This document shows, in pieces, positions 27,952 to 36,509 of a stretch of 64,000 bases of DNA. How positions within the stretch are numbered: the first letter of the stretch is position 1; each line of letters opens with the position of its first letter. The position numbers and the translations under genes were made by a program. The notes under the pieces are model-generated. The model was not told the origin of the DNA, did not search any database, and saw only the letters and a list, made by a program, of their open reading frames with translations. Source of the stretch: a virus; IMG/VR virus record IMGVR_UViG_3300037261_000082, positions 1 through 64,000 of that record. The stretch is one strand, 5' to 3'.

Positions 27952-28908
27952 ATGCCCTTAACTCCTGGTGCACCTGTTGGTACCTCAATTAAAGAGTTGC
28001 ATAGCGGAAAAACTTTTGCCCACACATCGGCTAAGTTTGGAAAAGAGCGCGCCCAGAAACAAGCTATTGCTATCGCTCTTAGTAACAACCGTAATCGGGC
28101 GTTTGGGGGTGGGATGATGCCTCCAATGATGGGGCCTGGAGCGCCTATGCAAGCCCCGCCAAACGGTATAGCCCCTGTGGGGCCTGGCACGGTGCCCTCC
28201 GGCCAGATAAACCCCTCTCTGCCTCCTGCAGGGCTGGCTCCGGTGGGGACTAACCCGGCCACTATGGGCATGCCCCAAGCGCCCATGACTCCTTCAGCAG
28301 CAGCCCCTGTCTCCATGGCTCCGGCCCTTAAGCGGGGTGGCACTCCTAACCGCGCTTTCGGAGGTTTCAGTTCAGGATTGATTAAGCCCCCTACTCTTAA
28401 ATCTGGTTTCCAGGAACGCCAGGAAGCCCGTAACATGACGCGGGGACCTATTCTAAGTGCAGTACCAGGGCGCACGGATGCCCATGCTACTCATGTACCT
28501 TCAGGGTCATACGTTGTACCCGCTGACATTGTATCTGGCCGGGGCCAAGGAAACACAATAGCGGGCGCCAATTCACTCCAACACATGTTCAAGATGGGGC
28601 CTTATGGGTCTGCTCCCGGCAAAATAGGCCACGGCGCTGGTGCACCAAGGCCACCCAAGATTGGCAAGTTTGCCTCTGGTGGTGGCAAATCAGGTGACGC
28701 TAATGTTGGTACACCAGTACGGGTCAACTTAGCGGGGGGTGAAGTCGTAATTCCGCCTGAGCACATTATGGAAACCATACACCGTCTTAATCCAGGAAAG
28801 ACGTATACCCTTAAGCAAGCCCATGCAATTCTGGACGCGTGGGTGCTACATGAACGTAAGAATCTGCGTAAGACCTTGGCAAAGCTCCCTGGCCCAGTCA
28901 AGACATAA
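27952..28908 (+). CDS. GG-motif internal virion protein with GRTD...GSYV / GEVV domains
   Basis: Four GG motifs; QKQAIAIAL; PGRTD...SGSYVVPADIVS; LAGGEVVIPPE. Confidence 0.75.
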   Translation: MPLTPGAPVGTSIKELHSGKTFAHTSAKFGKERAQKQAIAIALSNNRNRAFGGGMMPPMMGPGAPMQAPPNGIAPVGPGTVPSGQINPSLPPAGLAPVGTNPATMGMPQAPMTPSAAAPVSMAPALKRGGTPNRAFGGFSSGLIKPPTLKSGFQERQEARNMTRGPILSAVPGRTDAHATHVPSGSYVVPADIVSGRGQGNTIAGANSLQHMFKMGPYGSAPGKIGHGAGAPRPPKIGKFASGGGKSGDANVGTPVRVNLAGGEVVIPPEHIMETIHRLNPGKTYTLKQAHAILDAWVLHERKNLRKTLAKLPGPVKT

Positions 28909-28929
28909 ACAACAAAACGGAGGAGTGCT

Positions 28930-29232
28930 ATGAAATCGATAGACAATGTTGGCGTAACTTTCATCAATACAGTACTCGGACGTGGTGTCATGAACGGCGT
29001 AATAAACCTGACCCTTGGTGTGTTGCAGTTTACTCCTGACGATAAGGGTGAGGCAATTGATCCTGACATCGGAGTGGCAGCACGGTTGCGCATGGATGTA
29101 GTTTGTGCTCGCCAGTTACACGAAGCCCTTGGCGATTTGCTTGTCCTTATTGACAAGAGTGATGCTGAGCAGAAGCAAGGTTTGAATGGTACTTCGGCAC
29201 AACCCGCTGTTTCAACTGAGAAGTCCAACTGA
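28930..29232 (+). CDS. hypothetical protein
   Basis: GGAGGAG RBS; VAARLRMD. Confidence 0.7.
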   Translation: MKSIDNVGVTFINTVLGRGVMNGVINLTLGVLQFTPDDKGEAIDPDIGVAARLRMDVVCARQLHEALGDLLVLIDKSDAEQKQGLNGTSAQPAVSTEKSN

Positions 29233-29711
29233 TGGCCTACTCAGGACGTGTCCGCATTGTTGGGCCGGAAGAAGAAGAGGAAGTCATGGCCTTGTGCCAT
29301 GACCTTCACGCCGAGAATGGCATCTTTACCATGAATGATAACAAAGTACGGGCCATGCTTCGCAAAGCCTTTAATCGTGAGGGGGGCATACTCGGTGCTA
29401 TAGGCCCAGCAGGAAAGATTGAAGCCCTAATTTTCTTGATGGTGTCTACCTTTTGGTACTCAGACGACCCTCATCTAGAAGAGATATTTACCTACGTATC
29501 CCCTCAGTATCGCAAGTCTCGTAACGCGGTAGAGTTGATGCACTTTGCAAAGTGGTGTGTGGATCAGTCTGGCTTACCCTTAGTGATTGGTATACTGTCC
29601 AATGAGCGCACTGAAGGCAAGGTGCGTCTCTACCAACGGCAGTTTGATAAGCCAATGGGCAATTTTTTCATGTACACAAAAACTAATTCGCCTGTGTTAG
29701 TGACGGCGTAA
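29232..29711 (+). CDS. GNAT-fold protein
   Basis: YVSPQYRKS...L..FAK; position before the internal proteins. Confidence 0.7.
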   Translation: MAYSGRVRIVGPEEEEEVMALCHDLHAENGIFTMNDNKVRAMLRKAFNREGGILGAIGPAGKIEALIFLMVSTFWYSDDPHLEEIFTYVSPQYRKSRNAVELMHFAKWCVDQSGLPLVIGILSNERTEGKVRLYQRQFDKPMGNFFMYTKTNSPVLVTA

Positions 29712-29747
29712 AGCCTACCTAACCCTCTACTACAGAAGTAAATTTCA

Positions 29748-32700
29748 ATGGGATCCAAGACACAAACTAGTTCTAGCAGTTCCGCGCCTAATCCGCAGGC
29801 GATGGACCTATACCAGAGTCTGCTTAAGCAGGCGCAAGGTGTGGCAGCAACTCCATACGATCCTTACGGGGGCCAGCTAGTCGCGCCGGTTAACCAGCAG
29901 CAAGGCACTGGTATTGCTAATATCAATCAGTACGCTGGTGCTGCCCAGCCTGCCATTCAGACGGCTGAAGGTATGGCACAGCAGGCTGCCTCGCCAATTA
30001 CGCAGGCGCAAATCCAAGGGTATATGTCGCCTTATACCCAGGATGTGGTTAATGCTACTCAGAACCAGTTTAATAATCAGAATCAGCAGCAACAGCAGGG
30101 TGTTGTTGGCAATGCCATATCTCAAGGTGCTTTGGGTGGTAACCGTGTAGGAGTAGCGCAAGCTGAATTGGCTAACCAGCAAAATCTAGCGCAGGCTCCG
30201 GTTATTGCTAACCTGGAGAATCAGGGCTACCAGACTGGGTTGAGTACTGCTTTATCACAGCAGCAAGCCCAAGCTGCTGGCGCTTATTCGTTAGGCAATT
30301 TGGGTGTGGCTGGGCAGAATGCTGGATTGACTGGTGCTAATGCACAAATTGGTGCTGGTTCGTTGCAACAGCAAACTCAGCAAGCTCAGTTAGCTGCCCA
30401 GTATCAGCAATTCCTTAACCAGCAGGCCTACCCCTTCCAGACCACACAGTGGCTGGCGGGTCTGGGTACTGGTGTTGGCTCGCAGATGGGTGGCACAAGC
30501 ACCACGACAGCCCCTGCGCCTAGTTTACTTGGGCAGATATTTGGTGGCGTGGCGGGTGGTGCTAGTATGTTAGGGGCTTCAGGTGCCTTCCCTGGGGCTG
30601 CTACAGCTACTACTGCTGCAACACCAGGATGGTTAGCTGGTTTAGGGTCATTGTTTGCTCGTGGGGGCAGTGTATCTAACCGCGCGCAAGGCGGTGGTAT
30701 TGCTAATCACGAAGTTGTTATACCGGAAACTCCACACACACTTATTGCTCAACAGCATCAGTTATTACAAGGCCACCGTCGCGCTCAATTGTTCCCGCAC
30801 GGAACGTCAGAACTACCGTTGCCTAACGGAATGGCTCGGGCCACAACTGAAGCTGGAGCAATTCATTATAATCCGCACCACATTGATGCTGAAACGGTGC
30901 ACCATCTTGCTTCTGGTGGTCGCTTAAACGAGTTGCTTGACCTTGGTCCTGTCACTAAGGACGAGGCTCTACGGCGTATTCATGAGGGTGAGCACCCTGT
31001 TGCTGTAGTGGAACGCAATGAACACGGACACGAAGTGCGCGCTGCCTTGGGTACGCACCTTACTGCAATGGATCAACTACATGCTATGCATAGAACCAAA
31101 TCACCTGGGCATACGCTTACCCTAGAGCACCCTGACCATGTAGTGGCTCGGCGTATACACGCTCACATGAGCGGTGGTGTGGCTAACCGTGATATGGGTG
31201 GTGGTGTTAATTACCAGACCTTCGGTGGTGGCTACGGCACACCAGTTATGCCTTATAGTGGAGGTAAAGGTTATATCCCATCTATGGGCATTACCCATGG
31301 TGATGGTGCGCCACGTCCACCGTCGCCTTCTGGGCAACAGCAGGGCGACTTAACTAGCCAGATGAAGAATATTGGGTCGTTAGCTGGTGCAATTCATTCA
31401 GGGATGAATCAGCCGGGAGGTTTGGGTGATGATGGCATGGGTAGCACCAACGACCCAAGTTGGACTGGTGGTGATCCTCTTGCTGGGGGTGCTGATATTG
31501 GTACGGGTGGTATTGGTGCAGCGAAGCGTGGCGGTGGTATTTCTAACTATGCTGACGGAGGTACGCCTAGCTTTGACGACCGTTTTAGTGGTGTTGATCC
31601 TGGTGCTCTCCCACCCACAATTGATGGTGTGCCAACACAGCTGCTATTAGGTAAGGGTGGTTTTGATGCGCCAGCTGCTACGCCTTCCTTTAACGATAGG
31701 TTTAATGGCGAACCGGCTCCAGCTTCAGGAGTAGTGCCTCTTAAGGAAAATAGTATCCCAACTCCACACATAACTCCTTCGTCAGGCTTTACTGAGGATG
31801 CTTCAACCCCTGCTCCTGCATCAGAAGGAGTAGTCCCTACTGAGGCTTCGTTCCACCCAAGTGATACTGGTGGACCTGCTCCTGCAATTGCTCCTGAAGC
31901 TTCTACACCCCCTGCTCCAGGAGTTGCTTCTGCTTCAACTTCGGCACCACGTGGTATTCGCAACAATAATCCTGGTAATATTGAGGATGGTCCCTTCGCA
32001 CGTTCGCAGCCTGGTTATGCAGGTAGTGATGGGCGCTTTGCCAAGTTCCAAACTCCGGAAGCGGGAGCAAATGCTAGCGGTAATCTACTTGGTTCCTATG
32101 GCGCAAAGGGAATCAACACGATAAGTGGTATCATTAATCGCTGGGCACCAGCTGCTGATAATAACAATACGCAAGCTTATATTGCGGCAGTGTCTAAAGC
32201 GACTGGTCTGGCCCCCAATCAGCCTTTGAATATGCAGGATCCTGCTCTACGTATGAAGATTGCTGGTGCAATTCATCAGTACGAAAATGGGACAGGTGGG
32301 CCTTCAGGTGATACGCTTACTGCTCGTAATTATAATCGTGCCTCCGGAGTAGGAGCACCAGAAGTTGCAGGGGGTGACCCTACTGACCTACCTGCTCAGT
32401 CTAAGCAGCCTCCCGCTGCCGGAGTAGCGCCTAATATTGATTGGGGGGCAAATTCTAAACTCTGGCCTTCGCTCATGGCGGCAGGCTTCGGCATGATGTC
32501 TTCACGTTCGCCCTTCCCAGGTGTGGCAATTGGTCAAGGTGCCGAGCAAGGCATGCAGACTTACCAAACACTTAAACAACAGGAGCAGCAGCAAGCGTTT
32601 AGTAAGCAAAGACTTGATCTAGAAGCAGCAACGCTTACAGAAACTACACGTAAGAATAAAGCTACTGAGCAGTATCAGCAACAGCAACTTGAAGCAAAAA

Positions 32701-33869
32701 TGATAGAACCAAAACCGTTCTATAATCCTAAGACCGGGCAAATGGATTATACTGTCAGGACCCCAGAAGGTGATGTGGTATCCTTAGGCACAGGGGAGAT
32801 TATAGTTGGGCCGCATCGGGGCCAGGTGATTCCAACCCCCGCCCCATCAGGTGCAGCACCCAGTGGGCAATTAGGCCAACCTTCTCAACAGCAGTCTGGT
32901 TTTCAACAGGCGGCTTTTAACCCTGATGGGATTTGGCGGGTTAATTCGCAACAATCTGAGGGACCAACTGATTATAGCAATGGGAGTAAACTTCCCTATG
33001 TTGAACATGGTATGACCGTTCCTGACCCTGCGCCTGTGGCTGGGTATTCACCAGATACAGTAAAAACTGCTGCTGAGTGGTATCTAAAGACTGGAAAACA
33101 GCCATTGATTTCTAGAGGAGCCAGCCCCGTTGCTCAAATGCAGAATGCTTATGCTAGGGCTGTTATGAACTACGGTAATGCTCTTGCGGCGTCGCGTGGT
33201 GTCTCGCGTGAAGAATTAACCGATATCTGGCAAACTGCTCCAAGGGTTGGTCAATTTATTCTTGGCCAACCGGGCCAGCAAATTGTTTCGCTTGGTACTG
33301 CGATGCGGCACTTAGAAACTCTTAAGGATTATGAAGCCGCTTGGCAGCAGGCAAAGGCAGGCGACACTCGGCCACTCAATGCTATCCAAGCCTATATTAA
33401 GACTCAGTGGGGTAGTGACGCAGCCACCAACCTTAATACTGTAGCCCACATACTGGGGCCTGAAATTATTAAGGCCATTGGCGTGGCAGGTGCTGGTACG
33501 GATAAAGACCGTGCTGATGCGGTGGCTCAGTTTACTTCTAGTGGCAGTGATTCGCAAGTCAATGGTGCAATTAAAGCCACTGAACTACTACTTCGTGGTC
33601 AACTAATAGGTAAAGAAAATCAGGCGCGAGCAGCTGGGCTTAGTGAGGGCAGGCTGCAGAAGATGATTGGGGAAAAGGAATACAAGACATTGCAGAACCT
33701 TGATCAGCACTACTCAGGGGCTAAGACTACTGCTCCTGGTACTCCTGCCGCTCCGGCTGCACCAGCTGCTACTGCGTTACCCCCAGGAGTTCCACCTGGT
33801 TCTGTTTCAGGCATGAAGGGTGGTGCCCCAGTTTGGCGTACCCCTGATGGACAGTTTATTCCAAAATAA
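29748..33869 (+). CDS. large internal/ejection protein: Gln-rich N-region, His-rich module, lysozyme-like RNNNPGN module
   Basis: YMSPYTQDV; RGIRNNNPGNI...RWAP...NNT..Y...ENG at about 31945-32290; at least 7 GG motifs. Confidence 0.8.
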   Translation: MGSKTQTSSSSSAPNPQAMDLYQSLLKQAQGVAATPYDPYGGQLVAPVNQQQGTGIANINQYAGAAQPAIQTAEGMAQQAASPITQAQIQGYMSPYTQDVVNATQNQFNNQNQQQQQGVVGNAISQGALGGNRVGVAQAELANQQNLAQAPVIANLENQGYQTGLSTALSQQQAQAAGAYSLGNLGVAGQNAGLTGANAQIGAGSLQQQTQQAQLAAQYQQFLNQQAYPFQTTQWLAGLGTGVGSQMGGTSTTTAPAPSLLGQIFGGVAGGASMLGASGAFPGAATATTAATPGWLAGLGSLFARGGSVSNRAQGGGIANHEVVIPETPHTLIAQQHQLLQGHRRAQLFPHGTSELPLPNGMARATTEAGAIHYNPHHIDAETVHHLASGGRLNELLDLGPVTKDEALRRIHEGEHPVAVVERNEHGHEVRAALGTHLTAMDQLHAMHRTKSPGHTLTLEHPDHVVARRIHAHMSGGVANRDMGGGVNYQTFGGGYGTPVMPYSGGKGYIPSMGITHGDGAPRPPSPSGQQQGDLTSQMKNIGSLAGAIHSGMNQPGGLGDDGMGSTNDPSWTGGDPLAGGADIGTGGIGAAKRGGGISNYADGGTPSFDDRFSGVDPGALPPTIDGVPTQLLLGKGGFDAPAATPSFNDRFNGEPAPASGVVPLKENSIPTPHITPSSGFTEDASTPAPASEGVVPTEASFHPSDTGGPAPAIAPEASTPPAPGVASASTSAPRGIRNNNPGNIEDGPFARSQPGYAGSDGRFAKFQTPEAGANASGNLLGSYGAKGINTISGIINRWAPAADNNNTQAYIAAVSKATGLAPNQPLNMQDPALRMKIAGAIHQYENGTGGPSGDTLTARNYNRASGVGAPEVAGGDPTDLPAQSKQPPAAGVAPNIDWGANSKLWPSLMAAGFGMMSSRSPFPGVAIGQGAEQGMQTYQTLKQQEQQQAFSKQRLDLEAATLTETTRKNKATEQYQQQQLEAKMIEPKPFYNPKTGQMDYTVRTPEGDVVSLGTGEIIVGPHRGQVIPTPAPSGAAPSGQLGQPSQQQSGFQQAAFNPDGIWRVNSQQSEGPTDYSNGSKLPYVEHGMTVPDPAPVAGYSPDTVKTAAEWYLKTGKQPLISRGASPVAQMQNAYARAVMNYGNALAASRGVSREELTDIWQTAPRVGQFILGQPGQQIVSLGTAMRHLETLKDYEAAWQQAKAGDTRPLNAIQAYIKTQWGSDAATNLNTVAHILGPEIIKAIGVAGAGTDKDRADAVAQFTSSGSDSQVNGAIKATELLLRGQLIGKENQARAAGLSEGRLQKMIGEKEYKTLQNLDQHYSGAKTTAPGTPAAPAAPAATALPPGVPPGSVSGMKGGAPVWRTPDGQFIPK

Positions 33870-33886
33870 CCTCTAGTTTGGCAAAA
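33867..33886 (+). repeat. left copy of an imperfect 20-bp direct repeat flanking the accessory insert
   Basis: TAACCTCTAGTTTGGCAAAA; 17/20 identical to 36486-36505. Confidence 0.6.
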
Positions 33887-33940
33887 GTATGTATAGCTAG
33901 TGAAAGCACGGTTCTCACTAACGTAATAAGGAAAATTAAA

Positions 33941-34186
33941 ATGACCCATAACATACTTGAAAGCAAAGAACGCTTTATTGCTTGGGCTGGTCCGTTAGTT
34001 TTTCAAGCCGTTAAGCATTGTAGAGAAGCTGATGATTTGCACGCACATGAATTCTGTGATGGAATAGCTGGTCTTATGTATCAGTCTTTGACTGATACTA
34101 GATCAACCAATGAAATATCTGAGTCCAATAAGAAATTGTCGTCAGAGATTTCAGATAAGTTACGGACAGATAATAAATTACAATAG
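33941..34186 (+). CDS. hypothetical protein
   Basis: AAGGA RBS before ATG 33941. Confidence 0.5.
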   Translation: MTHNILESKERFIAWAGPLVFQAVKHCREADDLHAHEFCDGIAGLMYQSLTDTRSTNEISESNKKLSSEISDKLRTDNKLQ

Positions 34187-34212
34187 TTGGTAGTTTCATC
34201 AAAGTAGGGAGA

Positions 34213-34563
34213 GTGTTAATGAATAGGCGCAGGGTTTTTTCTTGGATTGCAACTCTTCCATTTATGGGAGTGATCACGTCTGCTAGTATGGCAAAGCCAG
34301 CCACTAAAATGCACCCGCGTTTCCCTGAATTTCTTAATGCAACTCGTGATGAATTAATGCCTGGTCTAAGAAGTTTTGAAACTTCTGAAATAGAACTCGA
34401 TATCCATTGTAATTATGCTTACGACACTTTGTTTGTTAAGGGCTATAACCTCAAAACACACCGCCTTAACAATTTTGTTATTACTAGAGAACAAATAATC
34501 TCTGGTGACTATAAGACTCGTTTTGCGCCTCAGTTACACATACTTATTTCTACATTAACTTAA
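34213..34563 (+). CDS. Tat-signal-like protein with a capsid-N-terminus-like segment
   Basis: NRRRVF plus hydrophobic stretch plus SMA; ATRDELMPGLR. Confidence 0.65.
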   Translation: MLMNRRRVFSWIATLPFMGVITSASMAKPATKMHPRFPEFLNATRDELMPGLRSFETSEIELDIHCNYAYDTLFVKGYNLKTHRLNNFVITREQIISGDYKTRFAPQLHILISTLT

Positions 34564-34575
34564 CAGGAGGAACTT

Positions 34576-34887
34576 ATGGCTGAAGAAACTATTGCGGAAA
34601 TGGATAAGCGAATTCAGGCTGAACTTAATAAGCAGTACAGTCTTGAAGAGATTAAACAACTAGAAAATGAACTTGATGATCTGGATAAGTTGTATTACGA
34701 AAAAGTGTACCGTAGAGTTACGGACATTTCTACTATCTTTTTGAGACAGAAATTAGTTACTCCGGAGTATAAAACGGAATTAGCGGACTTGGGCTTTCCT
34801 CTTGGAAAGGTATGGTTTGGCTTAAGTGGGCTTAAACGAATGAGTGCTACAATCCCTACTGCCACTGTTTATATTGAGGAGCGTTGA
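34576..34887 (+). CDS. hypothetical protein
   Basis: AGGAGG RBS. Confidence 0.65.
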   Translation: MAEETIAEMDKRIQAELNKQYSLEEIKQLENELDDLDKLYYEKVYRRVTDISTIFLRQKLVTPEYKTELADLGFPLGKVWFGLSGLKRMSATIPTATVYIEER

Positions 34888-34888
34888 C

Positions 34889-35623
34889 ATGAAACGAAGA
34901 AATTTGCTTGTAGCAGGACTTGCTTCACTAATTAGTTTACCTTTTACTAAGAAAGGCTTTGCGGAGGATACTAGCTTTGCTAATTTTCCCGGCTTTTCTT
35001 ACTTAAAGAAAAAAGTAGTAACTCCTCTTAAGGGCGACGTTGATTTTAACACGCTGCAATCCTGGATTAAGGAATGGCCAATTACTCAACTACCTTCTGA
35101 GATGGCTCAAGTTTATGATGCCCCATCAGGCAAATGCTTATTACATCAGACACTTTCGATAGGTGCAAGGTTCAAATTAACCGCTGAGGAATTGGAATTC
35201 TGTTGGAGCGGAAAAGCTCCTCTTCAGATTTTAGATTACTGCAAAGCGCATAATATCGACCACACCATCAAGGGACATACCCTTAATGCTGTGCCTCCGT
35301 CAGCGTGGTTGAGCAGTTGTGTGAATTACAAAGCTGCAGAATTGCTTATTTGTGAAGTAGTAGCTAAAGCTTTGTACTTCAAGGCGCTTGGGCAAACTAC
35401 CGTTTATTGGCGTGAACCCCCAGAAATGGACACTGCATTTGATTTTAACTTTGTACCAGATGCTGCTGGTCCAGACGTTGACTTTGCTACTGACCAAAAA
35501 GGATACTCTCATTTGCGTGGCGGGTCAGTTAGGTTCTACACCCGATTATCGTTTGATGACCCAGATTTCTACATAGATGTACCACGTTTTAGGGAAGGTG
35601 GTAAGGTACGTTGGATTGCTTAA
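34889..35623 (+). CDS. Tat-signal-like protein
   Basis: MKRRNLLVAGLASLISLPF...GFA; GAGGAG RBS. Confidence 0.65.
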   Translation: MKRRNLLVAGLASLISLPFTKKGFAEDTSFANFPGFSYLKKKVVTPLKGDVDFNTLQSWIKEWPITQLPSEMAQVYDAPSGKCLLHQTLSIGARFKLTAEELEFCWSGKAPLQILDYCKAHNIDHTIKGHTLNAVPPSAWLSSCVNYKAAELLICEVVAKALYFKALGQTTVYWREPPEMDTAFDFNFVPDAAGPDVDFATDQKGYSHLRGGSVRFYTRLSFDDPDFYIDVPRFREGGKVRWIA

Positions 35624-35636
35624 AAGGGAGGCTTGC

Positions 35637-36206
35637 TTGAACAACATCTCTCGGCGTTCAATCCTTTGTGGCCTAATTGCGGCTCCTGTTGTAATTTGGG
35701 CCAGCCATTTAATGCCTTTACGAGGCGTTAAGTTACGTCAAAGGTTTGGCTGGAATATGAAACTTGAGGCAGACGGCTCTACGGCACTCGTAAAAAGTGG
35801 GCGGTACTCACTTGATGATTGGCTTCAAGTCCAAAACCCAACTGATTGGGGAAAGAAACACAAAATGTGGACTCTTGATGGGGAATTATATTCTACGATT
35901 GAGGATCCTACCCTAGAAAGAGTTTCAGTTCAGATTATAGATGATAAAGCAAAGCTTCAAGAACGCCTTGAACATTGGAACCATTTCCAAGCATTTCAGA
36001 AGGAGGAGGGGGTTAAGGTTGAGGCAAGTTTATACGCGCCTGGTGTTGTTTTTGAGGGGGATGTGATTGCTCCTCCACCTAAACCTTGTAGTTGGCCTGT
36101 ATTTCAGTTTTGGGAAAAGGATTTTGTGGGGTTCCGTCATATGGACGGGGAAGCCCTCAATAATGCTCAGAAATTGGTGGCTCAGGAAATGGCATATAAT
36201 GGGTAG
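35637..36206 (+). CDS. Tat-signal-like protein
   Basis: TTG start after GGGAGG; SRRSILCGLIAAPVV. Confidence 0.6.
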   Translation: MNNISRRSILCGLIAAPVVIWASHLMPLRGVKLRQRFGWNMKLEADGSTALVKSGRYSLDDWLQVQNPTDWGKKHKMWTLDGELYSTIEDPTLERVSVQIIDDKAKLQERLEHWNHFQAFQKEEGVKVEASLYAPGVVFEGDVIAPPPKPCSWPVFQFWEKDFVGFRHMDGEALNNAQKLVAQEMAYNG

Positions 36207-36236
36207 GATGAATGGGGTTGCCATACTCGAAAGAAC

Positions 36237-36455
36237 TTAAAGACTACGCAGAACCTGATGCGGTCCCTGAATCTTTACCAAAATGCGATACCATTTATTT
36301 CCTTTAGTGTGAGCTTCCAAATACAAACCAAGAGAACTGGCCTTCATAAGGGCTGCACGGCTGTCAGCACCTACACCGTCGGAAGCATAAACATGATCAC
36401 CCTCAAAACATAAACGTATATTAGACGCAACAGACTTCATTTTTACTTTTGCCAT
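36237..36455 (-). CDS. hypothetical protein, opposite strand within the late block
   Basis: AAGGAG RBS on the minus strand. Confidence 0.6.
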   Translation of the reverse strand: MAKVKMKSVASNIRLCFEGDHVYASDGVGADSRAALMKASSLGLYLEAHTKGNKWYRILVKIQGPHQVLRSL

Positions 36456-36485
36456 ACCGAGTCTCCTTTCCCTAATTAAACATAC

Positions 36486-36505
36486 TAACCTCTAATCCGG
36501 CAAAA
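36486..36505 (+). repeat. right copy of the imperfect 20-bp direct repeat
   Basis: TAACCTCTAATCCGGCAAAA, 4 nt before ATG 36510. Confidence 0.6.
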
Positions 36506-36509
36506 CTAA

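Noticed and set aside
36486-36509. preQ1-I riboswitch look-alike (CCTCTA...AAAACTAA)
   Set aside because: The 5' AGAGG strand and loop are missing
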